From Rickettsiales bacterium (GTDB lineage Bacteria > Pseudomonadota > Alphaproteobacteria > Methylaequorales > Methylaequoraceae), in contig NZFI01000057.1 of assembly GCA_002690595.1 (NCBI GenBank), positions 1 to 39,183 of the forward strand: a DNA stretch of 39,183 bases, in the 5' to 3' direction. Under the pieces are notes generated by a model. That model saw only the letters and a list, made by a program, of their open reading frames with translations. It was not told the origin of the DNA and did no database searches. This document shows, in pieces, positions 1 through 11,714 of this stretch. A program made the translations under genes and the position numbers. Each line of letters starts with the position of its first letter. The stretch's first letter is position 1.

Positions 1-12
1 GGAATAAAAATC

Positions 13-43
13 AAAAAAAACCCACTAAAAAAAATTTAGTGGG
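13..43 (-). terminator. Rho-independent terminator downstream of groEL
   Basis: Inverted repeat CCCACTAAA (21-29) / TTTAGTGGG (35-43) with a 5-nt loop. On the minus strand the stem is followed by a U-run (A8 at 13-20 on the plus strand). It lies about 30 nt past the groEL stop. Confidence 0.6.
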
Positions 44-73
44 TTTTACAAAAATCGGCTTATGTTAACTCTC

Positions 74-1735
<1,662 letters not shown>

Positions 1736-1743
1736 TTAACTCC

Positions 1744-2031
1744 TTATTCTACGATTCCCATTATATCTGACTCTTTCATTATCAACAGATCTTCACCATC
1801 TATTTTAACTTCAGTTCCAGACCATTTACCAAAAAGAACTTTGTCTCCTTGCTTTACTCCCATAGGCTTTAACTTTCCATCTTCTCCAGCTTCGCCAGGT
1901 CCAACAGACAATATTTCTCCTTCACTAGGTTTTTCTTTTGCAGTGTCTGGTATTATTATGCCACCAGATGATTTTTGATCGCTTTCAATGCGTCTAACTA
2001 CAACACGATCATGTAGAGGTTTAAATTTCAT
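1744..2031 (-). CDS. groS: Co-chaperonin GroES (10 kDa)
   Basis: [14 protein letters not shown]...GEILSVGPG... is a typical GroES. I place the start at the internal ATG at 2029-2031, which is preceded by AGGAG. The 19 extra N-terminal residues in the ORF track run into the CIRCE operator and are not GroES-like. Confidence 0.95.
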   Translation of the reverse strand: MKFKPLHDRVVVRRIESDQKSSGGIIIPDTAKEKPSEGEILSVGPGEAGEDGKLKPMGVKQGDKVLFGKWSGTEVKIDGEDLLIMKESDIMGIVE

Positions 2032-2081
2032 AATGAATCTCCTTTTTAGACAATTCAGGTTAATAATTGCATCAAGCCTTA

Positions 2082-2108
2082 TTAGCACTTGAAACTATTG
2101 AGTGCTAA
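2082..2108. promoter_or_regulatory. CIRCE operator (HrcA binding site) upstream of groES
   Basis: TTAGCACTT-N9-GAGTGCTAA, versus the CIRCE consensus TTAGCACTC-N9-GAGTGCTAA. It lies 51 nt upstream of the groES start. Confidence 0.85.
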
Positions 2109-2134
2109 TTTAAATCTAAAATAATTATTGTCAA
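2107..2134 (-). promoter_or_regulatory. Putative sigma70-type groESL promoter
   Basis: On the minus strand, TTGACA (2134-2129) is followed by a 16-nt spacer and TAAATT (2112-2107). The -10 overlaps the upstream arm of CIRCE, which is the usual HrcA-repressed layout. Hexamers like these arise by chance in AT-rich DNA. Confidence 0.4.
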
Positions 2135-2137
2135 CAT

Positions 2138-4012
2138 TTAATTTTTGGAAATTCCAAATTCACTTACAACATAATTTTCTAATAATCCAACGCTATCATT
2201 TACAGTGTTTTCCTCAGTATCAAGAACTAAATCTGGGGACTCAGGTTTTTCATAAGGAGCACTAATTCCTGTAAAATTTTCAATCATACCCTTTTTAGCT
2301 TTAGCATATAAACCTTTTGTATCACGCTCAACACATTTTTCTAGGCTAGATTTAATATAAATTTCTCTAAAAATTTCAGGCCTAATTGACCTTGCTTTTT
2401 TCCTTTCAGAACGGTAAGGCGAAATAAGAGAAATAATAACTAAAAAACCTGCATGAGAAAATAAAGAAGCAACTTCTGCTGTTCTCCTAATATTTTCAGT
2501 CCTATCTTCAGGACTAAAAGAAAGATCTTTATTTAAACCTTGTCTTAAATTGTCACCATCTAAAACAAAAACATTATAACCCTTAAAAAAAAGACGTTTT
2601 TCGATTTCTCTAGCTATTGTACTCTTTCCTGAACCAGAAAGTCCAGTAAACCATATGATCCCTGGTCTATGTTCTAATCTAGAAGTTCTTTCAGTTTCAG
2701 TTATAGAAAAGTCAAAAGGAATAATATTTTCATTAGGTTTATTTAAGAAATTTCTTTGATTTGGATAATCTTTTAAATTTATAATCCCACCTCCAACAAC
2801 CGAGTAGTTATCAACAATACTAAATCTTCCTAACTTTGGATTCAATGTAAAGTTATCAGCAGCAATTAAAGACGGAGAATTTATTACCACTTCCGCCACA
2901 TCATTTTTTTTTACAATATTTTTTTCTTTTTTGTTTAAACTTTCTGTATCGATTACACTTATAATTTTTTTAAAAGTTATATTATGTTCTGAGGTAGTAA
3001 GTTTTAAAATATACTTTTTATTTAAATTAATTTTCTGTTCACTTAACCAAAAAATATTAGCTTCAAATGTATTTACTAGGTTTGGTGGATTTGAATTATG
3101 TGAGATCACATCACCTTTTTCCAAAAAATTTTTTTCATTTAAAACAATACCAATACATTCACCTGCCTGGAAAACATCACGTTTATTTTTTGGCCATGTC
3201 TCAATAGTTTTTATAGTCGCAACTGAATTACTTGGAGAAAATAAGAGTTGATCCTTATTTCTTAAAGTTCCTGATTCAATTTTTCCAACGATAATCCTTT
3301 TATCATCGAACTTATAAATATCTTGAATTGGCATTCTAAATGGAAGTGAACTTAGTTCTTTTTTTATTTCGTAATCATCTATTGCCTGGACAAGGTTAAG
3401 ACCTCTATACCAATTCATTTTAGTACTTTTATTATTTATATTTTCTCCACTAATTGCCGAGACAGGAATTATATTATTGGCAATAACTCCAATTTTATTT
3501 AAAAAATTATTCAATTTTGCCTTTATTTCTAGAAATTTTTGTTCATCAAATTTAATTTTATCCATTTTATTGAATACGACTACAACATCAGTTATTCCTA
3601 ATAACTTAAGTAAATAACCATGTTTTTTGGTTTGTTCTTGGATTCCTTCCTCCACATCAACAATAAGAATTGCTAAATCAGCGGTTGAAGCTCCGGTAAT
3701 CATATTTCTGAGAAATTCCTTATGACCAGGAGCATCTATAAAAATATAATTTCTCTTTTTTGTTTTGAAAAAAATTTGAGTCGTGTCTATTGTAATTCCC
3801 TGATTTCTCTCGGTTTGAAGAGCATCTAACAAAAAAGCCCATTCAAAACCCATTCCTCTTTTTTTAGTAACTTTTTTTAATTCTTCATATTTTCCATCTT
3901 GAACCTGCCCAAGATCATAAATCAATCTTCCAATTAATGTTGATTTTCCATGATCCACATGTCCAACTGTAACAACTCTTATTGACTCATTATCATCTAA
4001 ATGTGCATCCAT
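2138..4012 (-). CDS. cysNC: Bifunctional sulfate adenylyltransferase subunit 1 / adenylylsulfate (APS) kinase (CysN-CysC fusion)
   Basis: The N-terminal EF-Tu-like GTPase carries [15 protein letters not shown] and NKMD motifs. The C-terminal ~180 aa carries the P-loop GLSGSGKST, typical of APS kinase. Total length is 624 aa. Confidence 0.9.
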   Translation of the reverse strand: MDAHLDDNESIRVVTVGHVDHGKSTLIGRLIYDLGQVQDGKYEELKKVTKKRGMGFEWAFLLDALQTERNQGITIDTTQIFFKTKKRNYIFIDAPGHKEFLRNMITGASTADLAILIVDVEEGIQEQTKKHGYLLKLLGITDVVVVFNKMDKIKFDEQKFLEIKAKLNNFLNKIGVIANNIIPVSAISGENINNKSTKMNWYRGLNLVQAIDDYEIKKELSSLPFRMPIQDIYKFDDKRIIVGKIESGTLRNKDQLLFSPSNSVATIKTIETWPKNKRDVFQAGECIGIVLNEKNFLEKGDVISHNSNPPNLVNTFEANIFWLSEQKINLNKKYILKLTTSEHNITFKKIISVIDTESLNKKEKNIVKKNDVAEVVINSPSLIAADNFTLNPKLGRFSIVDNYSVVGGGIINLKDYPNQRNFLNKPNENIIPFDFSITETERTSRLEHRPGIIWFTGLSGSGKSTIAREIEKRLFFKGYNVFVLDGDNLRQGLNKDLSFSPEDRTENIRRTAEVASLFSHAGFLVIISLISPYRSERKKARSIRPEIFREIYIKSSLEKCVERDTKGLYAKAKKGMIENFTGISAPYEKPESPDLVLDTEENTVNDSVGLLENYVVSEFGISKN

Positions 4013-4015
4013 AAT

Positions 4016-4840
4016 CTACATATACCCCTTTGACCGAAGTTTCTCAAAAACATCCTCTTCTTCATGATCCATCAATCTTCCTGATCTCTCTGAGGTTTTA
4101 GTATTTTTTAATTCTTCAATTATTTCATCAATATTTTTTGCATCACTTTTTACTGGCTTTGTAATATCTTTGTCTCCAAGAGATCTATACCTTTTTCCGT
4201 TTCTAGAAAAGTATAAATTTACTACCGGAATTTTCTCTCGTTTTATATAATACCAAATATCAAGTTCTGTCCAACTCAATAACGGATGAATTCTTAAATG
4301 AATATTTGATGGATAACTAGTATTAAATTGGTCCCAAAACTCTGGAGGTTGATTTTTAATGTCCCAGGTACCTTCCTCGTCCCTTGGACTAAAAAAACGC
4401 TCTTTTGCTCTTGTACCTTGTTCATCTCTTCTTATTCCTGCAATAACTCCTTTAAATTTATACTTTTTAAGAATTAATTTTAATCCTTCAGTTTTCCTTG
4501 CAGCTGATCTTGCAGCAGGTGGTAAAGAGGAATCTACACTTGATATTTCAGGACATTTACCCTTAATTAAATCAAGTTTCCATTTTTCTTCATAAGAATT
4601 TCTAAATTCGTACATCTCTTTAAACTTTTTTTCTGTATCAACATGAATTAATGGGAAAGGTATTTTTCCAAAAAAAGCCTTGAATGCTAGCCAAACCATT
4701 ACATTAGAATCTTTACCAAGAGACCATAACATTGCAATGTCTTTTATTGAGCTGAATGCCTCTCTCAATATAAAAATACTCTGATTCTCTAATTTACTAA
4801 GATGATCCAACTTTATCCCATTTCGCACTATGTATTCCAC
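4016..4840 (-). CDS. cysD: Sulfate adenylyltransferase subunit 2
   Basis: N-terminus HLSKLENQSIFILRE and the PP-loop motif SLGKDSNV. Located directly upstream of cysNC with a 3-nt gap. Confidence 0.9.
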   Translation of the reverse strand: MEYIVRNGIKLDHLSKLENQSIFILREAFSSIKDIAMLWSLGKDSNVMVWLAFKAFFGKIPFPLIHVDTEKKFKEMYEFRNSYEEKWKLDLIKGKCPEISSVDSSLPPAARSAARKTEGLKLILKKYKFKGVIAGIRRDEQGTRAKERFFSPRDEEGTWDIKNQPPEFWDQFNTSYPSNIHLRIHPLLSWTELDIWYYIKREKIPVVNLYFSRNGKRYRSLGDKDITKPVKSDAKNIDEIIEELKNTKTSERSGRLMDHEEEDVFEKLRSKGYM

Positions 4841-5507
4841 ATTCTGTTTTATTTAAATTTGCCCACCTACCAGATCTCATATTCTTTTTATCTTTAGATT
4901 TTATTGTGCAATTTTGACATCCAACTGAAAAATAACCTAGAGAAAAAAGAGGATGTCGTGGTATTTTAAATCTTAAAAAGTAATCATTAATTTTTTTGTA
5001 ATCCCAATCAATTAAAGGACTAATCAAATACTTTTCATCTAATTCTATAAATTTTTTTTCGCTTCTTTCTGCATTATGATATGATTTACGCCCAGAAAAC
5101 CAGGCATCGTATTTTGATAGTTTTTTTTTAAGAGGAATTACTTTTCTTATATTACAGCATTTATCTGGATCTTCTTTCCATAAGGAATTATGTGGATCAA
5201 ATTTATTAATATCATCCTGGTATGGAAAAATTTCTGAAAAATTCTCTAGATTAAAAAGCTTCAATAAATCGTTTTTATATTTTATAGTTTCTACAAAAAG
5301 TTTATTAGTATTAATAAAAATTATAGGGAATTTATTATTAATTTTTGAAATCATATGAAGAATCACTGCTGATTCTATTCCAAAAGAACAAACATAAGTT
5401 ATTTTTGATTTAAATATTTTATTAATCGAAATATCAATAATTTCTTCACTAGTTTTTGTTTTAAATAAATTATTAATTTTTTTTATGTCTTGATATTTTT
5501 TATTCAT
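4797..5507 (-). CDS. cysH: Adenylylsulfate/phosphoadenylylsulfate reductase, Fe-S (APS reductase-like) type
   Basis: C-terminal catalytic ECGIH motif. A Cys-Cys pair (DKCCNIRK) and a CxxC (GCQNC) match the 4Fe-4S ligand pattern of bacterial assimilatory APS reductases. The gene overlaps cysD by 44 nt. Confidence 0.85.
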   Translation of the reverse strand: MNKKYQDIKKINNLFKTKTSEEIIDISINKIFKSKITYVCSFGIESAVILHMISKINNKFPIIFINTNKLFVETIKYKNDLLKLFNLENFSEIFPYQDDINKFDPHNSLWKEDPDKCCNIRKVIPLKKKLSKYDAWFSGRKSYHNAERSEKKFIELDEKYLISPLIDWDYKKINDYFLRFKIPRHPLFSLGYFSVGCQNCTIKSKDKKNMRSGRWANLNKTECGIHSAKWDKVGSS

Positions 5508-5622
5508 TTTTTGTAATAAATTCTATATTATATTATATGTCAATAAAATATGTAAAATATATAATTGTACACTAATAAATTGTATTTTAATTTTTTATTT
5601 TTTTTTTATTTTCAAATTATTA

Positions 5623-6678
5623 ATGATTAATTCTAAATTAGATAACGCCTATATTATTTGGCTATTTTTTACTGCATTTATGATAGTAATTATGGTTATA
5701 ATTGGAGGAATAACGAGATTAACTGATTCAGGTTTATCTATGATAGATTGGCATATTGTTGATGGAATTTTTCCTCCATTAACTAACCAAGAGTGGATTG
5801 CTGAATTTGAAAAATACAAACAATATCCAGAATTTAAATTTATAAATTTTGATATTAACCTATCAGATTTTAAAAAAATATTTTTTTGGGAATATGTTCA
5901 TAGAATTTGGGGAAGATTGATTGGATTAGTTTTTATTTTACCATTTATATTTTTTCTATTTAAAAAAGTTATTTCTAGAAATTCAATTAAATATCTTCTT
6001 TTAGTGCTTGCACTTGGAATTTGTCAAGCTTTCATGGGTTGGTTCATGGTCAAAAGTGGTTTAGTTAAAGACCCTAATGTCAGTCAATATAGACTTGCAA
6101 TGCATTTAATACTGGCTTTTATAATCTATTCTTTATTACTTTTTCAGGCTTGGAATAAATTTAGAATTAACTCAGTTAATATAAATACTATTAATCAAAA
6201 CAATTATGGAAGTCTTTTGAAATATTTACTAATATGCTTATTTTTGGTTCTTACTACTATAGTTTCTGGTGCTTTTGTGGCTGGAACCAATGCTGGACTT
6301 GCCTATAATAATTTTCCATTTATGGGAGATAGCATTTTGCCCCCAGATCCATTCATATTAGAACCTTGGTGGAAAAATTTTTTTGAAAATATAAGTCTAA
6401 TTCAATTTGATCACAGGGCTCTCGGAACATTAAGCTTTTTAGTGGTTACTTTAACTTGGTTCTTGAACATCAAAAAAGGATTTAAATCAATGATTAATCA
6501 TTTACTTAATTTTGGGTTCTTTACTATTATAGTACAGTACATTATTGGCATTACTATATTAAAACTTTACGTGCCAGTTTCATTGGGAGTTATACATCAA
6601 TTAGGTTCACTAATTTTGTTATCTACCCTAATTATCTTACTATCTGAAATTTTCACTGAAAAAAAAGGGGAGATATAA
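5623..6678 (+). CDS. ctaA: Heme A synthase (COX15/CtaA family)
   Basis: Polytopic membrane protein with conserved His-containing segments (EYVHRIWGR, AMHLILA, QFDHRALG, VIHQLGS) and the N-terminal GGITRLTDSGLSM motif of COX15/CtaA. Confidence 0.85.
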   Translation: MINSKLDNAYIIWLFFTAFMIVIMVIIGGITRLTDSGLSMIDWHIVDGIFPPLTNQEWIAEFEKYKQYPEFKFINFDINLSDFKKIFFWEYVHRIWGRLIGLVFILPFIFFLFKKVISRNSIKYLLLVLALGICQAFMGWFMVKSGLVKDPNVSQYRLAMHLILAFIIYSLLLFQAWNKFRINSVNINTINQNNYGSLLKYLLICLFLVLTTIVSGAFVAGTNAGLAYNNFPFMGDSILPPDPFILEPWWKNFFENISLIQFDHRALGTLSFLVVTLTWFLNIKKGFKSMINHLLNFGFFTIIVQYIIGITILKLYVPVSLGVIHQLGSLILLSTLIILLSEIFTEKKGEI

Positions 6679-6689
6679 GTCTCCCCTTT
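6664..6689. terminator. Bidirectional hairpin terminator between convergent ctaA and OMP genes
   Basis: GGGGAGA (6667-6673) pairs with TCTCCCC (6680-6686) around a 6-nt loop, flanked by A6 upstream and TTT downstream. The U-run is stronger on the minus strand (OMP gene). The stem overlaps the ctaA stop codon. Confidence 0.6.
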
Positions 6690-6711
6690 GAGAAAAAGTT
6701 AAATACAAAGT

Positions 6712-7473
6712 TTAAAAACTTGCACCCATCGTGAATACCACATGTTGACCACCAGCAGAAGTGTCCTCATCAACACCTGTAGCTGTATAACCGTCAGTTG
6801 CAGTATAATAAACGCTCCAATCTAAACCAAAAGCTGAAGTTGAGATACCGAAATTATAATCAGTATAATTCTCACCACCTTCATTATCAGAACCTTCAAA
6901 ACCCATTGCGCCAAACAAAGTTAGAGGAGTAGTGGGTATTGGTAATTCAGCACTAACATTCTGATAAGTATAATCATATTGACCACCATACCCAGATGGT
7001 GAATAACCAAAATAGTAGGATACCCCTAAGTCCATTGGCAAAGCTACCCCTAAAGAACCATAATATTCAAGAAAATCTTGTGAAGGAGATTGATTTTTTC
7101 CTAATCCAGGATAATCATAAAACAGTAGACCAGCATCATAGGATAGGTAATCCTCAACACCAGGAACAGCTCCTGAAATACCCCCATAATAGTCTAATTC
7201 TAAGTAACCATCTGTATTTCCAGCTGGACTTCCCCATGTTCCTACGTACAAAGAAGCATAAGTGTCTATGACATCCATACTCCAATCAAAACCACCTTGT
7301 ATAGCTGGGTTATTACCATTCTGGACTTCCCCACGCCAAATATATGAAGATGCAAAGGTTACATTAGCAGAAATTTCTCCAAAAGGAAGTTTTTCTGGGA
7401 ATTCAAAAGCTTTAGCTTCATTTGTGAACATCATGAAAACTAGTGATGAGCTAGCTACTATTTTCTTTAGCAT
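6712..7473 (-). CDS. Outer-membrane beta-barrel protein (resembles the TIGR02001/Gcw_chp family)
   Basis: Signal peptide MLKKIVASSSLVFMMFTNEAKA. The body is Gly/Tyr/Asp-rich with alternating beta-strand character and ends in a C-terminal Phe. The N-terminal motif ANVTFASSYIWRG...PAIQGGFDW matches this family as I recall it from memory. Confidence 0.65.
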   Translation of the reverse strand: MLKKIVASSSLVFMMFTNEAKAFEFPEKLPFGEISANVTFASSYIWRGEVQNGNNPAIQGGFDWSMDVIDTYASLYVGTWGSPAGNTDGYLELDYYGGISGAVPGVEDYLSYDAGLLFYDYPGLGKNQSPSQDFLEYYGSLGVALPMDLGVSYYFGYSPSGYGGQYDYTYQNVSAELPIPTTPLTLFGAMGFEGSDNEGGENYTDYNFGISTSAFGLDWSVYYTATDGYTATGVDEDTSAGGQHVVFTMGASF

Positions 7474-7578
7474 TATTTTTTCTCTCCTTATTTGCCTAAT
7501 TATTAAGCATTTTTAAATTTGATTATTATGTAGTCATATTACATAATTAGTAATTTTTTAATTTTGTGCAACTTAAAA

Positions 7579-7607
7579 CTAACAAAGGAAAATATATATG
7601 TTATAAT
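7579..7607 (+). promoter_or_regulatory. Putative extended -10 promoter for the hpnB-led hopanoid operon
   Basis: TGtTATAAT at 7599-7607 is an exact extended -10. A weak -35 (CTAACA) lies 17 nt upstream. It is 18 nt from the hpnB ATG, which implies a near-leaderless mRNA. The chance-occurrence rate in AT-rich DNA is high. Confidence 0.3.
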
Positions 7608-7624
7608 GTTGTATAGATACAACA

Positions 7625-8839
7625 ATGATCCCAAATATTCTAATACTTTTCTCGTCGATACTTTGGTTTTACCTTTTCTTTTTGCATGGAAGAAAACCAT
7701 TTTCAAATGAACCTTACTTTTGGTCAACTAAAATTATTTTCGAAAAATACATAAATTATGAAATTTTAAGAAAAAAGTTAAAAAGGCCCGATGTAATAGT
7801 TGTAATTCCAGCAAGAAATGAAGAAAAAAATATCTCATTAACAATAAAATCATTACTAAAACAAAAAGAACAAATTAAAAAAATAATTTTAGTTAATGAT
7901 CAAAGTTCTGATAATACTGTTTTGATAGCTAAAAACTTGTTTTATAATTGTAAGTTTCAAAGATATAAAATACTTGATACGAAGTTTTTACCGGAAGGCT
8001 GGAGTGGAAAACTATGGTCTTTAGAGCAAGGAGTTAATGAAGCTATAAAAGATAAAAAAAATAACTATCTACTCTTAATTGATGCAGACATAACTTTAGA
8101 AGAAAATGTAATACATAATTTAAAAAAAACATTAATTAATCGTAATTTATTTATGATATCGCTCATGGCTAAACTAAATTGCAGTCACTTTTGGGAAAAA
8201 TTACTCATACCATCATTTATATTTTTTTTTCAAAAAATTTATCCTTTCAATATTGTAAACAAAAAAACTGAAAAAATTGCAGCTGCTGCAGGTGGATGTA
8301 TTTTTTGCAAACAAAGTCTTTTTGAAAAAAAAAGTTTATTTGAAAAAATAAAACACAATGTAATTGATGATTGTAATTTAGCAAAACTTATAAAAAACAA
8401 GGGTGCTATTTGGTTGGGTTTAACTAATAAAGTTCATAGTACAAGAGAATATAAAAGCTTAGGTTCAATATGGAATATGGTTTCTCGATGCGCCTACGAG
8501 CAACTTCATAATTCTCCATTATATTTATTTTTTTCAATACTTGGTCTTTTTTTAATTTATTTAGCTTGGCCAATTGGATTTATATATTACTTTTCAGGGA
8601 AAAGCTCTATTTTATCAGAACAGAACTATATAAATTTTTGTTTATTGTTTACAATATTTGTGATATCTACGATTTGCTATTTACCAACTATTAGATTTTA
8701 TAAAGTTTCAAAATTCTTTACTTTATTTTTGCCAATTTCAGCTTTATTTTATATTACAATGACAATTTCCTCCTCATTTAATTTTCATTTTAATAGTGGC
8801 AATGAATGGAAAGGAAGAAAATACCAACAAATGAAATAA
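7625..8839 (+). CDS. hpnB: Hopanoid-associated family-2 glycosyltransferase HpnB
   Basis: GT2 motifs VVIPARNEE...LVNDQSSDNT and LPEGWSGKLWSLEQG, with an N-terminal TM segment and C-terminal TM segments. It heads the hpnC/D/E/shc cluster. Confidence 0.75.
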   Translation: MIPNILILFSSILWFYLFFLHGRKPFSNEPYFWSTKIIFEKYINYEILRKKLKRPDVIVVIPARNEEKNISLTIKSLLKQKEQIKKIILVNDQSSDNTVLIAKNLFYNCKFQRYKILDTKFLPEGWSGKLWSLEQGVNEAIKDKKNNYLLLIDADITLEENVIHNLKKTLINRNLFMISLMAKLNCSHFWEKLLIPSFIFFFQKIYPFNIVNKKTEKIAAAAGGCIFCKQSLFEKKSLFEKIKHNVIDDCNLAKLIKNKGAIWLGLTNKVHSTREYKSLGSIWNMVSRCAYEQLHNSPLYLFFSILGLFLIYLAWPIGFIYYFSGKSSILSEQNYINFCLLFTIFVISTICYLPTIRFYKVSKFFTLFLPISALFYITMTISSSFNFHFNSGNEWKGRKYQQMK

Positions 8840-8852
8840 ATATAACCAAATC

Positions 8853-9716
8853 ATGAATTTTTCTGAAAAAAAAATAAATCAATTACTATCAGGAAAGAGC
8901 GATAAAGATGAAAACTTCCCTGTTAGTTCTTTTTTAATTTCGAAAAAATACTCAAAACATATAAAAAATTTATATACATTTGCTAGAACTGCTGATGACA
9001 TTGCTGATCATAAATTAATATCTAAATCAGATAAGAAAAAAATACTATCAAAATTAGATCAAATTTTAATGAAAAAAGAAAAAACTAATTTTACATTTAT
9101 GAATAATCTTATTGAAACACTTATTGAGACAAGAGTAACAGAAGATTATCCAAGAAAACTTTTAAAAGCTTTCATTCAGGATGTAGAAAAAAAAAGATAT
9201 AAAAATTGGAAAGAACTAATTCAATACTGTGACAAATCTGCAAGCCCAATTGGAAGATTTGTAGTAGATCTTCACGGAAAAAAAAGTTATTCAAAGATTG
9301 ATTTAAAAAATATTTATGATGGATGTGACAAAATTTGTAATACTTTACAAATACTTAATCATCTCCAAGATTGTAAAGAAGATTTTATAAGACTAGATAG
9401 AATCTATATACCTGAATTATTTTTTAACGAGGCTAAAATCAACACTAATTTTTTTTTAGAAAAAAAAAATAGATCTAAATTTTTATTAATAAAGAATAAA
9501 TGTATTAATAAAGTTAATATTTTACTTGCTGAAGCATCAAAAAAAATTTTTTTGATAGAGGATTCAGGACTAAAAAGAGAAACTTTTGTAATCTATAATA
9601 TCGCTAAAAAACTTAGTTATTTATTAGAAAAAAATGATCCAATTAAAAAAAAAGTAAAACTATCTCGTATTGATTTGATTTTTTGTTTTTTTAAGGGAAT
9701 AATAGGAAGATTATAA
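8853..9716 (+). CDS. hpnC: Hydroxysqualene synthase HpnC (squalene/phytoene synthase family)
   Basis: HpnC-type N-terminus ENFPVSSFLI. Asp-rich motifs FARTADDIADH and LQDCKEDF. Confidence 0.8.
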   Translation: MNFSEKKINQLLSGKSDKDENFPVSSFLISKKYSKHIKNLYTFARTADDIADHKLISKSDKKKILSKLDQILMKKEKTNFTFMNNLIETLIETRVTEDYPRKLLKAFIQDVEKKRYKNWKELIQYCDKSASPIGRFVVDLHGKKSYSKIDLKNIYDGCDKICNTLQILNHLQDCKEDFIRLDRIYIPELFFNEAKINTNFFLEKKNRSKFLLIKNKCINKVNILLAEASKKIFLIEDSGLKRETFVIYNIAKKLSYLLEKNDPIKKKVKLSRIDLIFCFFKGIIGRL

Positions 9717-9761
9717 TATTTTGGTTTAAATATTTATAAAAACAAATTAGGTAACCTTTAA

Positions 9762-11684
9762 ATGAATTTAAAAACACCACTTCTCGACAAAATTAATTTT
9801 CCAAAAGATTTGAAAAAGTTTAATCAAGATGAACTTAAATTGATTTCAAATGAACTAAGAAATGAAATGGTTGACGCTGTATCGGTTACTGGTGGTCATC
9901 TTGGAGCAGGTTTAGGTGTTGTTGAACTTACTTTAGCAATACATAGTACATTTGACACACCAAAAGATAAGTTAATATGGGACGTTGGACATCAATGCTA
10001 TCCGCACAAAATAATTACAGGTAGGAGAAATAAAATACGTACAATCAGACAGCCAGGAGGATTGTATGGATTTACTAAAAGATCTGAAAGTGAGTATGAT
10101 CCATTTGGGGCTGCTCACTCCTCCACTTCTATAAGTGCTGGATTAGGAATGGCTGTAGCAAGAGATTTAAAAAAAGAAAAACATCATGTAATCTGTGTTA
10201 TCGGAGATGGTGCTATTAGTGCAGGAATGGCTTATGAAGCGATGAATAATGCCGGTTCAATGAATGCTAATCTAATAGTAATACTGAATGATAATGACAT
10301 GTCTATAGCACCTCCAGTTGGTGCAATGAGTGCTTACTTATCTAGACTTTTATCTGGTCAGACTTTCCAATCAGCAAGATCGCTCGCTAAACAAATGGCA
10401 AAGAAATTTCCAAAACGTTTCAAAGATGTAGCTGCTAAAGCAGAAGAATACATGAGAGGAATGGTAACTGGAGGAACTTTATTTGAAGAATTAGGTTTTT
10501 TTTATGTTGGACCTGTAGATGGTCATAATCTTGAACACCTTTTACCCGTTTTAAAAAATTTAAGAGATTCAAAATGGGATGGTCCTGTTTTTCTTCATGT
10601 AGTGACAAAAAAAGGATACGGATACACACCTGCTGAAAAGTCAGATGATAAATACCATGGTGTGGGGAAATTTAATGTTGTAACTGGAGAGCAAGTCAAA
10701 ACTCAGTCGAAGGCTCCAAGCTATACAAAGGTATTTGCTAATGCTCTAATTAATCAAGCAAAACTGGACAAAAAAATAGTTGCAGTAACTGCAGCAATGC
10801 CCTCAGGAACTGGACTAGATCATTTTGGAAAAGTATTCCCTTCAAGAACTTTTGATGTCGGAATTGCTGAACAACATGCAGTAACTTTTTGTGCTGGTCT
10901 TGCTACAAGAGGAATGAAGCCATATGCTACTATTTATTCTACATTTCTTCAAAGAGCCTATGATCAAGTAGTACATGATGTAGCAATTCAGTCATTACCT
11001 GTGAGGTTTGCAATAGATCGTGCTGGTCAAGTTGGAGCTGATGGAGCAACACATGCTGGTTCTTTTGATTTAACATATTTATGTACTTTACCAAACTTTA
11101 TTGTTATGGCTCCTAGTGACGAAAATGAACTAACTAATTGTGTAGCAACATCAACTCAAATTAATGACAAACCCTCTGCATTCAGATACCCGAGGGGTGA
11201 AGGTGTTGGAATATCTATTGCTAAAAAACCGGATATTTGGAAAATAGGAAAAGGAAGAATAATTCAGGAAGGAACTAAAGTTTGCATATTGTCGCTAGGA
11301 ACTAGATTATTGGACTCTATTAAATCAGCAGAGACATTAGCAACTTATGGGCTTTCAACAACTGTTGCTGACGCAAGGTTTGCTAAACCAATAGATAAAA
11401 ACCTAATTACAAAACTTGCTAAAGAACATGAAATTCTAGTTAGTGTAGAAGAAGGTTCAATAGGAGGTTTCTCAGCACAAGTCATGTCTTATTTAACTAA
11501 AGAGGGCTTACTTGATAATGGACTTAAATTTAGACCTTTATTTTTTCCAGATATATTTGTACCTCATGGAAAACCAGATGCTCAGAATGAACTTTGTGGA
11601 ATTAACTCAAATCAAATAACCAATTGTGTTCTGAAAGCTCTAGGGCTCCCAACTGTTTCAAAAGAAACCAGAGAAACAGCATAA
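9762..11684 (+). CDS. dxs: 1-deoxy-D-xylulose-5-phosphate synthase
   Basis: 640 aa with [26 protein letters not shown], the ThDP motif [18 protein letters not shown]...NDN, and [12 protein letters not shown]. Confidence 0.95.
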   Translation: MNLKTPLLDKINFPKDLKKFNQDELKLISNELRNEMVDAVSVTGGHLGAGLGVVELTLAIHSTFDTPKDKLIWDVGHQCYPHKIITGRRNKIRTIRQPGGLYGFTKRSESEYDPFGAAHSSTSISAGLGMAVARDLKKEKHHVICVIGDGAISAGMAYEAMNNAGSMNANLIVILNDNDMSIAPPVGAMSAYLSRLLSGQTFQSARSLAKQMAKKFPKRFKDVAAKAEEYMRGMVTGGTLFEELGFFYVGPVDGHNLEHLLPVLKNLRDSKWDGPVFLHVVTKKGYGYTPAEKSDDKYHGVGKFNVVTGEQVKTQSKAPSYTKVFANALINQAKLDKKIVAVTAAMPSGTGLDHFGKVFPSRTFDVGIAEQHAVTFCAGLATRGMKPYATIYSTFLQRAYDQVVHDVAIQSLPVRFAIDRAGQVGADGATHAGSFDLTYLCTLPNFIVMAPSDENELTNCVATSTQINDKPSAFRYPRGEGVGISIAKKPDIWKIGKGRIIQEGTKVCILSLGTRLLDSIKSAETLATYGLSTTVADARFAKPIDKNLITKLAKEHEILVSVEEGSIGGFSAQVMSYLTKEGLLDNGLKFRPLFFPDIFVPHGKPDAQNELCGINSNQITNCVLKALGLPTVSKETRETA

Positions 11685-11714
11685 CCTAAAAGTAGATAAA
11701 GTATAACTTTCGAT

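Noticed and set aside
2032-2088. N-terminal 19-aa extension of the groES ORF in the ORF track.
   Set aside because: The extension is not GroES-like and runs into the CIRCE operator. The internal ATG at 2031 has an AGGAG Shine-Dalgarno.
7525-7547. 8-bp inverted repeat ATTATGTA-N7-TACATAAT in the divergent promoter region.
   Set aside because: A stem made only of A/T-rich pairs, with a single G:C pair, is expected by chance in this composition. There is no second copy and no recognisable operator consensus.
7539-7727. 62-aa minus-strand ORF in the OMP/hpnB divergent region.
   Set aside because: It overlaps the hpnB start, is Lys-rich and low-complexity, and has no Shine-Dalgarno or family resemblance. 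It is most likely a chance ORF in AT-rich DNA.
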